Shown here: one piece after another, positions 11,941 through 24,252 of the stretch
How the letters are laid out: every line of letters starts with the position of its first letter
Position numbering within the stretch: the first letter of the stretch is position 1
Source of the DNA: Selaginella moellendorffii
Taxonomy: Eukaryota; Plantae; Lycopodiophyta
Length of the DNA stretch: 64,000 nucleotides
NCBI RefSeq assembly: GCF_000143415.4
Contig: NW_003314292.1
Coordinates: 737,325 to 801,324, forward strand
Reading direction: 5' to 3'
The notes under the pieces: generated by a model
What the model was told of the DNA's origin: nothing
Database searches by the model: none
Seen by the model: the letters and a program-made list of their open reading frames with translations, nothing else
Made by a program: the position numbers and the translations under genes

Positions 11941-13711
11941 CATGCAAGACTTGTTATATCAATTGCTTTCAAACCTAATCTCATATGATAATGCTTGAGA
12001 AATGATGAATGTGAATTTTGAACTCTTATAAAGTATGAAATTCCAAATTGTCTAAACTTTGCAAACAAACAGTAGAGTCCAAGCTTATCATGACAATATT
12101 CCATATATTCTAGAAAATGCCTTTATTGAGCATTTGATTTTTCACTTATTTCCTTCAATAGACAAAGATACATTTGTTATAGCTTCTAATAAATCTTTTA
12201 GAATGGGATTACTGCTACTGTTTTGGGAACAAGAGCCACAATCTTTTAGACCATATGGTTCATCTAGATACTCTTCCATAGTCACATAACCATCCTCCTC
12301 TACATCTTTGTCTTTGATATTTTTTCCCTTTTATTTGAGCTCGTTACTAGAAGTTGGCTTAAACTATTGGCCACAAGCGTGTGGATGAAATTTAACCCCA
12401 TTGGCTAGAACCATAGACCTAGAGCCTTTCTATAGCCAAATCTTTACTTTATAAATTGAGTAAGATCCCTTCTAAAGCACCATACAATCTGGAAAACCCT
12501 TGACCTACTCCATGGAATAAGGAGAACAATTGATAGAGCCATATGAAAGAAGAATCAATGCAATGAAATATAGAAAAGAAGTTATTGTCTACTAGAGGAT
12601 GGACAACACTCCAATCTTTGAATAGTTCAGTCTTCCTGCCATGACGAACAACATACATTAGATAGTTTTGGCCCATCCTTGGCCCATCCTTGCTCATCCA
12701 AAACCCTAGATTTTCAATTTTTCACTACAATAGTTAGTACTTGCCTATTGACAAACTCTAAAAGCTTAGCTTATTTCTAAAGTTATAAAAGAAAATTTGG
12801 CATTTATATGAACTTATCTACTTTGTTAGCACTACCTTTCAGTTTGCTATTGCCTTTTAGTTTACCAGCAATTTCATGTTGCTATCTATAAGACAATCCT
12901 TGCACTTGTAGCTTTAGTAGGTTGAGTTCACATATTTATAAGATGGTCAAATGAAATTTTGGCAATTGCTATTAGTTGTAGTGCCTTATGTTTTGTTAAA
13001 GACCTTCCATAGTCCTTGCAGTTGGTTCAACTTACACTACAGTGCTATAGATGAGCAGTCATTAGATTCCAGGGAATATTTATGAATAATATTCCAGGAA
13101 TATCCAACTATATACACACAGTCTTGACTTGGAGTTAGCCAACCGGCCACCATATAATCTCTACCGTGCATCTCTTCAGTGCCAGCAAGCTCAGCCAGGT
13201 GGCATCTTAATAACCAATCGATAAAAGGAAAATTTCAGTAATACCTTTTTAAGCAAAGACATGGACAACTCATTGTATTATTATTCCTCAGAACAACCCG
13301 TGATTCTCGTTCCAAAGCTACGTTTTCAAAGAAAAGGCCCTTAAGAAAACTCCACCTTCAAGTTCTTTGACGTAGACAGATCTTTGATATGAGCCTTCAC
13401 GGATCTGTCATCCTCCTCCCAACAAGCTTGTGCCACTTGGACGCAAACTCTGTGGCGTCGCCCAAAGACATGCGACGGGCGACGCTTGCTCTCGATCATC
13501 TGGAGCTCTGCGTGGATGTGATGCGTCGCATCCCCACAAAAGACTTTCGATGGAACTGTAGCCGGGCTCTCTCCTCCTTCACTCCTCGCAGCTTGGCCAC
13601 CTTCTGCTTCTTCCCGCTCACCGTGTAGATGCTCCGAGCGCGTAGCTGCCAGTACCTCTACTCCCCAATGTGGCAGATTGCCAACGCCGGCGTTGACCAG
13701 GAGGCACTGGT

Positions 13712-15268
13712 TCACGCACACAACTCCGTGTTCTCGTCGAAACCTGCGCACCGGTGGTGGATTGCAGTGTAGGGCGCCTCCGAATCAAGCTTGGGCTTCA
13801 TGCAGCGCCAGACAACGCCGCAGTGCGGTGGCATGCCAAAGCGGATGGGATGCACCTTGACACGACCGGGGAACGCTGTGCCCAGCTCCACGATCGCCGG
13901 AGGCACCTGGGGCCGGAATTCAGGCGGCTCCTCAATGCACACAATGCCTGTTACTTCGAGCTGCGTCACACAGCTGCTGCTCACCACCAGCTCCTGTACA
14001 AACTCGATCTCGTCACTGTCCCAGCACGGCACCCGCTTGTTCGAGTAGGAGGTGTCAATGTGCACGCGCAGTGGCGCGTGCCTGCTGCTCCACCCCGCAA
14101 GGCTCAAGCTCTGAAACACAAAAAGAGGAAGTTCTGGTACACAAATATAGATACGATCCTTGAGAAAACCAATATGTACCTTGATGGTGAGGCGAGCAAT
14201 GTAAAGCGCCTCAAGGCCATGGAACGGCTCCAAGAGCTGTGCGAGGTTAACGGATCTGGGCTCGAAGTCGGCCGAATCCATAAACAGGTCGAGCTGCTTG
14301 ATGCCACTGATGCTCGACGTCCTGCAAACAAACGGCTCGAGAATTCGCTCGACGTGGGCATTGCCTCGGAAGGTATTGCTGAGCGTGAGCCTGTTGAGCT
14401 TGGACATGACCAAACCCTGGATGATTCGCACTTGCCCATGCAGCTTCACCCATTCCACGTTGCACGTAGACGGCGCGAGCTCCACGCGCGGTACCACGGT
14501 GACAGACATCCACCGGAGCTTGGGCATGTCGAGCGCGAGAGAAAAGTTGGTAACGCTCCTGCCGGGGACCCTGTGGGCGCGAATCACCAGGGAGTCGAGG
14601 CTGTGACTCTTGAGCAAATGCGTCCCGGCCGACTCCACAAGCAGCTGGGTCAGCCGGAAGTAGACGAGCGAGGGGCACAACTCGAGGAGCTGCTTCGTCG
14701 TGGCCACGTCCAAGCGTGTGCGTATGAAGCAGTAGACGAGATTGGGAAGGATTGGAGGCGCTGCCGTCGTCGTGAGAGGGCCACCAAGCTCGACACCATC
14801 GTTGATATGGAGGCACCGTAGCTGCTGGCAGGCGAGAATGCTGGACCAGAAACCATCCACACTGACGCTGATGGTAAGGGAGTGGAGGGTTTTTCCAATC
14901 ACCGGTAGCCAGTCAAGACAAGAGCATAGCTGTTTTGAGGAACCTGTCAAAGACAGGGAGCGGAGATTGCTGCTGCTGCTGCTGCCAAACCAGGAAAGGA
15001 GACCCTGTTGCTCATACGATTCCAACCTGAAGTGCGTGACTAGCCTTGCCAGACGCGCCCACCTCTTGCTCACCAGGCTACAGCGATACAATTGGCGCGA
15101 GGAGACGAGCAGGGATAGGATCCGGATGAGAACGTCGTCGGGAAGATCGTCCATGGAGCACAGATTGTTGCGCCTCTTGGTGATCCTCATCTGCTCCACC
15201 AAGAAGAGCAGCTCGCTGTGCTGCATCTCGTCGGGAAGATCATCCAAGGCGCTCCTCGGCCTTTTCAT
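13712..15268 (-). CDS. F-box protein paralogue, ~495 aa; exons 15268-14180 and 14110-13712
   Basis: Highly similar to 2902-4478 with the same intron position; part of a segmental duplication 13120-15300 ~ 2240-4520. Confidence 0.85.
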   Translation of the reverse strand: MKRPRSALDDLPDEMQHSELLFLVEQMRITKRRNNLCSMDDLPDDVLIRILSLLVSSRQLYRCSLVSKRWARLARLVTHFRLESYEQQGLLSWFGSSSSSNLRSLSLTGSSKQLCSCLDWLPVIGKTLHSLTISVSVDGFWSSILACQQLRCLHINDGVELGGPLTTTAAPPILPNLVYCFIRTRLDVATTKQLLELCPSLVYFRLTQLLVESAGTHLLKSHSLDSLVIRAHRVPGRSVTNFSLALDMPKLRWMSVTVVPRVELAPSTCNVEWVKLHGQVRIIQGLVMSKLNRLTLSNTFRGNAHVERILEPFVCRTSSISGIKQLDLFMDSADFEPRSVNLAQLLEPFHGLEALYIARLTIKVHIGFLKDRIYICVPELPLFVFQSLSLAGWSSRHAPLRVHIDTSYSNKRVPCWDSDEIEFVQELVVSSSCVTQLEVTGIVCIEEPPEFRPQVPPAIVELGTAFPGRVKVHPIRFGMPPHCGVVWRCMKPKLDSEAPYTAIHHRCAGFDENTELCA

Positions 15269-15959
15269 CCCCAGTGTCCTACAATCTTGCCCTAAAATAA
15301 TTACACCCAAGTATATGCGTAGATTCTCCAATCTTCGGCGGAGGTTCGATACCTGCTCGGCGCATCAATGTTGCCGAGATCACGACTAGCTGTTTGTCTT
15401 TGATTTTGTTTGCAAGCTAGTACCATCAATTAAAGCCTTGCATTCAAGTATTGAGAACACCACCATTGCTTCTTGCTTCGGCTCAAAGCCTCTGCCATAG
15501 GACAGTCCATACTATGATAGAAAATCTTTGTGTTCACGTATGAAAATATAAAATATACCTTTTAATATCCTTAAGATATACCTTTTGATTGAGTACGGTT
15601 TTTACCAGTGAACTCCATTAATGACCTTGCTGCAAAATGTGGCTCCAGATAATGGAGTATATTGTCTTCCTTGTAAGCCTAATCTGTCCTTCAGTCATTT
15701 TAGCCGCTAAGGCGATCAGAAAGTTGATGCTCGAGCATGGAAAACTGAAAGTTACTCACGGGACCAAGAGCTAAAACACTTACGTTTGTCAAGAGCAGCT
15801 GTTGGATCCAGTCCAAACATTTCTGTGATGGGAATGTCGATCAGGACTGCAAGCATCGTTTAGAATTCACAGCAAAGAAATTAAAGCAAAAGGAAAACGA
15901 TTATACAATGCCAGCTCAGTGTCGATGTAGGCCACTTTTTACCATTATGTAAGCCCAAG

Positions 15960-16355
15960 TGCGGCAGTGTGCGCGAAATGAGTTTTGCCACTCCGGAATT
16001 CGCCAAAGACTTTGGTGAGTGCCATCGTTTCTATACCACCTGGTGCGAGAGAGAGAGAGAGAGAGAGGATATGGATCACGGATTTTCGCTTGTGAAGAGC
16101 CTCATTCCCAGTGATACTGGAAAGCCAGAAGAAAAATCCAGAGTTGCGATCCAAGGCACTTACCACTATCGTTTCTGCCGCTTCCAGGATCTTGTCGTCA
16201 ATCCCGTTAAGCTCTGACAGATAGAAGAAAATCCGATAAGGGAAAAAGAAAAGATGGATCGATTCGCACCTTTTTTGTTTGCATGATCAGTCCATTGCAT
16301 GTACGACTTCCCGCATCCTGAAGCTTTTTCACATCCCCGGCATTGATTCCCTGGG
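15960..16355 (-). pseudogene. DMC1: DMC1 fragment with introns
   Basis: [68 protein letters not shown]. Confidence 0.8.
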
Positions 16356-16396
16356 CGGTGACTGGAAGAACAAGAAATCTAGAAGGCCGAGCGATT

Positions 16397-16470
16397 GGCT
16401 TGCCTGTGAGCCTCTCGATCGAGGTGAACCTGCGAGTACCTCCCATTCTTGTAGTCCTTCTGTTGAGGAA
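16397..16470 (-). pseudogene. captured RPS18 fragment
   Basis: ggcttgcctg..gagcctctcga..aacctgcgagtacctccc.t.cttgtagtccttc..tgttgaggaa matches 50161-50274 ([11 protein letters not shown]). Confidence 0.7.
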
Positions 16471-16769
16471 GATCTTCAGCTGGCGGGAACGTGAACTTCT
16501 TGAACTTGACAGGTCTCCATACCCCTGTGCTGCTTGATCTACTCGACGTTGCACGTAGACAGCGAGAGCTCCACAAGCCCGGCACCTTGATGACTGATGG
16601 CGAGAGAAAAGGTCCGCAAGAGAATCGAGGCTGTGGCTTTTGAGCAAATACTTCCCGGGGGATTCCACCAGCAGCAGGCTCAGACGAGCGAGGGGGCACA
16701 ACTCGAGGAGCTGGGCACAGACGAGATTGGTGCTGCTTCCGCCGTCGTGAGAGGGCCGCCACTTGATTT

Positions 16770-17460
16770 CTGTAGAAAAAAAACAGCTGGGAAACAAAAA
16801 AACTCCACTAGAGTACATCTCCGATGCTGAGATAAGAAAGTGTTGCCACCGCAAGCGCATCTGTGGAATCACGAAGAAGTTATGGGAGTTATACATGCTC
16901 ACAGCTACAAGTCTAAACTTCTCCAGTAACTTCCCTGACACGGTGCTTTCAACACCAATGTTGGCCTTGATCTCAAGACTTTGCCACCTCAAATGAAAAC
17001 ATTGTCAAGCAGCTATGGATGCACTTGGTAACGCAACAGGGCCAAACTGGCGATATTAATCAAATGTCTCCGATCATCAAGGTATTTAATTTCTACATGG
17101 TTTCTTTTTAAGTTCTTCTTTGTCAGGGAAGAAAAAAATCCAGATAAGAGTACATCTCCTACGGTGAGACAAGAAAGAGCTGCTTCTGAAAGCACATCTA
17201 TGGAATCATGAAGAAAATATGTGAGTGTACACATACTCACTAGTACAATACTTGATTTATCCTGTTACTTCCCAAAGAGTACATCCTCAACACAAAAATT
17301 GGCCTTGATCTTAAGACTTTGCCACCTTAAATGGAAACCATTGTTAAGTAGCAATTGATGCACACGTTAAAGCAAGTCAGTGATAACCAAAAGCTGGCAG
17401 ATCATAACTTGAAAGGTTTAGAGCCAGAGGAGCTAAGATTCAACAAGGACTCGCTCTTGG
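16770..17460 (+). pseudogene. double-MADS pseudogene, 5' half (continues at ~41125)
   Basis: Both MADS exons and the intron present with indels; similarity to the intact gene stops at caacaaggactcg (~45310 equivalent). Confidence 0.8.
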
Positions 17461-20400
17461 GGCTGTGTAATTTAATCTTTTATCCAGTTTTACAGCATTC
17501 AATATCCACTTTAGTGTATATTTGAAACATATACTTCAAATATGTAGTGAAAGGTTTAAAGATGTACAGTATTATTATAAGAATTCCATTTTTCACTAAA
17601 ATATAGAGATCATCGCAAGCAAATTCCAATGTAATCACTCATAATATACTTGAATGATAAAAAGGTGGCAGTGTGGGTCTTCCCTGACTTTATGTATTCT
17701 ATGACAAAAATAACAACTTTTCTCTTCTACCGAATGGTAGGGCACCTGAAATACAAATGGTGTTTAAGGCACCTTTGAAAAATTGATTGATGTTTAAGGC
17801 CAGATTGAGCAAAGGTCACAGTTTGTGTTCATATCACAGACTGTTCTAAAAGTCTTACAATTTCTTTGCATTCAATCATCTTTTAGGGCTATTATTAATC
17901 ACTAAAAAAATAGGATTGGGCCAATAATGTAATTTTTTTCAGTTTTGGAATATTATTTTGCATTTAGTGGCCAAATGATTTTACTTGGGTGGCACTGTTT
18001 GGTTTTGTATAGATGGATATTAAATAATCTTGCGTACTTAATGTAGCAGAAATAATATAGTGGAGGAAGTGTTTCCTCTCTGTTAGTTAATACAAAAATT
18101 AAGTTGTGTAATATTCTCATGACTTTGTCACAAAATTAGAGTACTTAGAAGTTTTGTTTTTGAGAAATGTTGCTAATTATCAATGTTTTACATTTGATTT
18201 TACCTCCATTCATATAGAGGGGATTAAAAAGTTGTAGAAGTTGCTTACACATCATAGTTTCTATATCAACTGCTATGAAAGATTCTTTGTTACCATTATT
18301 AGTTTTTTTTAATTATTCTTTAAGATAATTTAGTATGTGAGGTCCAAGTGTACAACTACAATGCCATATACTATCCAAAGGTAATAACCAAGCTATAATG
18401 AAATCAACGTAGGGACAAGTCCAAACCTTAAGAACAATGCAACAGTGTAGGCAAGCAAAGTTGCTATGGTATCACTCCAAGAGAATGTCTAGAAGGAACC
18501 ACCTTTGCTAAACCTACAAGACTTTAATTCTTCCAGATTAATATTAGCATAATGGGATTTTGGTAGCTGTTAGATTGGTTTCAATCCGGACCATTTGCTC
18601 TTATATATAAACTAGGGATTTTGGGCTAATTGATATGCACATTTTTTATATTCTTTTTCCATAGTCCATGCACTCACATTGGTGGAAAAGAAGGGCACCT
18701 TTGATTGCCCTTGAGAAGTGTTTGGATTTGGGATTTTGGTTTAGATTAAACTTTTGCATCGTTTAGATCTAGCTTTTTCCATTTCCTTTCTTTTGTTCTT
18801 TCCTTTTAGGATTTTGGTTTAAATTTAACTTTTTGCATTGTCTAGATCTCCCTTTCCTTCTAGTATTTTTTTCATTTTTCTTCTTTTGCTCTTTCCTTTT
18901 CGTTCATCTTCATGACAAATCAGCAATCTCCTCCTCCTTTGACTCCAGAGTAGCAATTGGTACAATTGCTTGATGCTATGCAATTGCAATTGAACAACCA
19001 AACTCAATTAATGGCGGCATTCATGGCACGTGGTACAACTCCTCTTGCTCTTGGTGCCAATCCTCATGTTCAACCAGAGTTCTTTCGCAGGAATCTTAGG
19101 GATGATGTATACCATTTGTTCGATCACTTCACAGTGATTGCCACATATCATTCTTGGGATGATGCTTGACGTTTGCATGAGTTTCCCACGTGTCTCTAAA
19201 GGACAGTGTTGCAGTGGTACAATGGTTTGAGTGCAGCCATTCATGGGAATTGGAGTGTTCTCCCGGATGTATTCAAACGCATATTCGGATATGCCAATGA
19301 TTGTGATGATGCCTTCCAACAATTGCATCATTTTTGTCAAGGGCCATCTAAGTTAGTAATGCAATTTGACATTCGTTTCTAAAGTCTTTCGCTTTGTGTG
19401 GAGCCAAATATATCAGAGCAAATCAAGCAAGGAATGTTGTGGCTAGCACTTCGTCAAAATCTTGTCGTACTTGTGCATGCACTTGCTCCCACCACCCTTG
19501 ATGATGCTTTTCACTTGGCACAACATTATGAAATGTCGCCTCTTCCATTTTTCACTGCATGTCCTTCAACTCCACTTTCTGAGGGTGATGGTCCTGTTCC
19601 AATGGAGGTTGATGCTGCTACTTGTCAAAACCCCCAACAAAATCAAGACTGGAAAATGTAGAAGACAAATAGAAAAGCTAGTGGAAATGAAGAAAGGGCC
19701 TTAGACTGGCATTGATTTAGATTGTGGAGAAATGGAACAAGGCTAACCTATATATACTATAAGTTGATGAGGCTTCACCACTCTTGGATCGAGGATGACC
19801 TAAATATAGTTGAGGTCGAGGAGGCACCACGTTATTATCAAGAATGTGGTTCAAGACTCAGGAATCATATGGGAAATCAAAGAGTCAGGAATAGGGAAGT
19901 GTTTCGAGAATATGGTTTGTATGTTTGTATGTCAGGAATCCGGCGAGAGTCAGGAATGTGTCAAGAATTGGGGGATTCTTGACAACACCCCCTCCTCAAG
20001 AATGAGTGGAACAAGGATGTGAATGAGAATGAAGAGGAGGATGAGATGGGTGGCGAGGGATGGGAAAGGGAGAATGAAAAGAATGAGGACTAGGACAAGA
20101 AAGATAGCGGCGGTGGAAATCTTGAACAAGGTCAATAGAATAAATCAGGTTATTTACAGGTTCCTAAGTGCGTTCCTCAAGTTCGTAAACCTTCTAGTCT
20201 ACAAGATAGTAGAGTTTAGACCATGGGATCTTGGAATCAAGAATGTCCTAAACCTCGTACTCAGACCCATCCTTGAGCTGCACTAATGGAGGTAGAAGAA
20301 TGGCCTGATTTGGAATAGGACTGGGAATATAAAGTTTAAGGAGAGAGGAGTGAAAAACGGGGTGAATTTGATATAAGGAGGGAAGTGCAAGGTGATAAGT

Positions 20401-23400
20401 GATAGGATTAATGATGGCAATGATAGAGAAAGGACTGAGGCATTTGAATTGAGTTTAGGACATGGCCTGGTGGTGGAGATATTTCACTTGAGGAGCCAAA
20501 CTTTATCCCCGATATTGTAAGGAGGACAATCTTGACGATGGACATTGGTGAATGTTTTGTGAGATTCCTGAGCACAATGGAGGTGGAAGGAGATGGAGTT
20601 GTGGATTTCCTAGAGGTTGGAGATAAATGCCTCAGAGCGGGGATTTGAATGAGAGGATTTGGATGGAGAAGGAAGTGAGAGATTGAATCGAGGATTTCAG
20701 CTAGAGTTTGCAAAGAAGGGGGAAACTTGAAGGGAGGAATGAACAGAGTTGTTATAGGAGAACTTAGCAAGGGAAGGATATCGAATCAGTCATCCTGATG
20801 ATAGTTGATGAAGCACCTCAGGAATTATTCCAACGTCTGAATCGTTGACTCGGACTGTCTATCAGTTTGAGGATGATATGTCGAAGAGAGGTTGGCCTTC
20901 ACTCCAAGCAACTGCAAGAACCATTGCTAGAAATGAGAGATGAACTGAGGTCCCCGATCCGAAACCACATTTGCAGAAATCCCATGAAGTCGGAAAATTT
21001 CTTTGAATACCAATTTTGCCATGTCCTCACCCGAAAACTCCTTGGTACACGGCAGGAAGTGTGCCATCTTTTTAAAGCGATCCACCACAACTAAAATGTT
21101 GTTAAAGCCTCCAGAACTCGGAAGATCACTCAAGAAATCCATGGAGATGGATTCCCAAGGACTTAAAGGGACCGGGAGGGAACGAAACAAACTTGAAGGA
21201 AGGTGGTGAGGTACCTTATTTTAGGCGCAAGTGTCACAAAAGGTAACAAAAGCTTTGATGTAGTCGTCCATGTAGGGCCACCAAAAGTCCCATGCAACCA
21301 GCTCATAGGTTTTTGAAATGCCAAAGTGACTAACAATCGGGCTATCATGGCACACCATTAGGACCAACCTTCTAGCATCACCTTCAGGAATATAAAGTTA
21401 CTCCCCACAGTACAACAAGCCATCTAAGAACTCGAACTCATCAAATTGTTGACAGTCAGAAGTCACTAAGTGTCTAGCCGGAAGATGGGGGAAAATGTCG
21501 CTGGCGAGGTCATCAGATTGAAGATTGTTTCTGAATGCATCCATCAAGGAGGAGTCCTGAGGGGCCAGGGAAATTGCCATAACATGAAGTCGATCAGGAC
21601 TGAGGATAACTTGATCTTGTTGATCGAAGGTAGGATTACCAGGCCTGAGACTGAGATAGGAGTGCCTTGAAAGAGCATTAGGAAGGCCCTGAAGCTTTCC
21701 AAGTTTGTACTTGATAACAAAATCAAACCGACTTAGGAATTGTGCTCACCTTGCTTAATGATGGCTCAAAACTCAGGAAGTGGCAAAGTACTCAAGATTT
21801 TTATAATCCGTCCAGACCATTGTTTGATGGCTTGCCCCCTCCAAGAAATGACGCCACTCTCCAAAGGAATCCATGATGGCAAGGAGCTCCTTATCGTGGA
21901 TTTCATAATTGATCTCCACATGCTGGAATTTTTGAGAATGGAAAGCAATTGGATGAAATTCCTGATCCGCTCCGAGTTGAGACAGCACAGCACCGATGGC
22001 AAAGTTAGAGGCATCCGCCTCAATGAAGAAAGGTTGTGAGGGATTAGCGTGGATCAAGACGGGAGTAGAATTGAAAGCTGCCTTGAGTGTGTCGAAGGCG
22101 TACTGGGCAGCAATAGACCAAGAGAAGGGAACATCCTTGTGAGTGACATGCATGATAGGAAGGATAATATTAGAGTAGTGAGCAATGAATTTTTGGTAAA
22201 ACTTGGCAAAGCCAAAGAAAACTTAAATGTTTGACATTGATTGTGGAGGCTCCCATTCGAGAATAGTCTTGACTTTGGCAGGATCCATTGTGATACCCTC
22301 AGGAGTGACAATGTACCCAAGGAATTCCACAGACTCTTGATCGAAAGAACATTTCTCAAGCTTTGCATATAGGCCGTGTTCCCACAGCTTCACCAGCACC
22401 TTGCGCACATGCTTGTCGTGCTCCTTTTGAGTTTTTGAGTAGATAAGGATGTCATTAAGGTAGACAATCACCATTTAATCAAGAAACTCCCAAAAGACGT
22501 CATTCGCCATGTGTTGGAAAGTTGCTGGAGCATTTCTCAAGCCAAACAACATGATAGTGTACTCGAAGTGGCCATAGCAGGTTCAGAATGCAATCTTCCA
22601 TTCATTACTAAGCCGGATCCAGATTAGGTTGTATGCTTCATGGAGGTCGATCTTGGTGAAGAAGTGGGCACTGCCAAGGTGTTCCAATAGGTCCGAGATC
22701 AGGAGCAGTGGATAATGGTTCCGAACAATCACCTTGTTCAAACCTCGGTAATCGATGACTAGCCGCAAACTCCCATCCTTTTTCTTGACAAAGAAGACAA
22801 GCACTCCAGCTGGGGACTGCAAATGCTAAATGTACCCTGAGGTAAGGTTCTCATTCAAGTACTCTTTGAGGGCCTTAAGCTTGGATGGGGATAACCCGTA
22901 TGCCCCCACGGAGGTGACGCTCCTTCCTGTAAATCAATGGGACAGTTGTAAGGCCGATGAACAAGTAGTACACTAGCTTTTTTCTTATCAAACACATCCC
23001 CAAAATCATGATACTTCTCAGGAAGATTGATAAGAGAAACATGCAAAGCAAAAAGGAAAACATGTTCTTCATGAAGGAGTTCTTTCATAATGATTGTGGA
23101 GATAGGAGGAGGTGTATGACTGAATGGAATGATGAGACGTGGATACTGTCCAGTGTAAGATGGAAGAGAGGGGAAAGAAGAGGGTGAAAACTTCGTAGAG
23201 TCAGGAATAGAACCGTGGGAGATGGTGACGTGGGAGAGACAAACTGTAATTCCTTCCAATAGATCTGAGGCTGGTGCAATTGGAACCAAGGAAGGCTAAG
23301 CACCATAGAGGAGGACTTGCTGTTGATGATGTTGAAGGTGATATCAGTGACAGTGGACCCGTTGTGTACTCAAACAGGCAATGTTTCCCTAAGTCTAGAA

Positions 23401-24252
23401 GATGGAGACACAAAATGTCTACAGATGCCTTCAACCCTCAGATCCCATATAGTAGGAGAAAGAAGAACGTGATATCAGGCAGCAAAGTCCATGTCCATGA
23501 AGCAGGATGTTGCACCCGAGTCTAGTAGCGCCAGAGCCTTGAGTCCTGATTGTCCGGTGAAAGAAAGAAGACATAGGATACGAAAGTTGCAGGAATTGGT
23601 GGTGGCTTTGATGAAAGATGGTGAGGAGCTTGATAAAGAAGAAAAATGATTTTTATTCGGGGAGTCCAAACAGATAGCTCCTACTCTATTTGGACATGGT
23701 CGTTTCCCAACTGCAACGGAGGTGGATCTTGAGGTAGAGTGAACTTGAGCAGTCGGGGAGGCTTCTTGGGACACACAGCTGCTTTGTGATTAGGATCAAC
23801 ACAGTAGAGGCAAAGATTATGAGATACTCAATGTTGCTTCTCAACAGGACTCAACTTCCCTTTAATGAGTTAAGGAGTACCAAAGATATCCATTAGGATC
23901 GGAGCAGTAGGTTCAGGAGTATGCCCCAAAGACTCAAGCTAGGATTCCTGAGTCTGGGATGGGAAAACGGTGGTGCGGTGACTTTTCTGATGACATTCAA
24001 AGAGATGATTGTCGCATTGAACAGCTTTGTTGATGGCGTCCGACAGGTCCATAGGATCCTCCATGGTGAGCAACAAATTCTTGATACTGTTGTTGAGGCC
24101 GAAACGAAATTGATCAATCAAGGCCTACTCATCCCATTGAGTGTCCAATGCAAGGAGTTGGAACTCCGTAGCATAGATCAAGGCAGGACAAGACCCTTGA
24201 GAGAGATGTCTCATCTTTGTGGTGGCAGCCCAAACTTGATCCGTCTCGCCAA

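Noticed and set aside
11940-13120. AT-rich stretch with short ORFs and TGGCCCA repeats
   Set aside because: No recognisable protein motif or termini; probably TE debris
13754-14821. 355-aa ORF and other ORFs antisense to the F-box genes
   Set aside because: Shadow frames of GC-rich coding DNA; broken in the paralogue; no recognisable motifs
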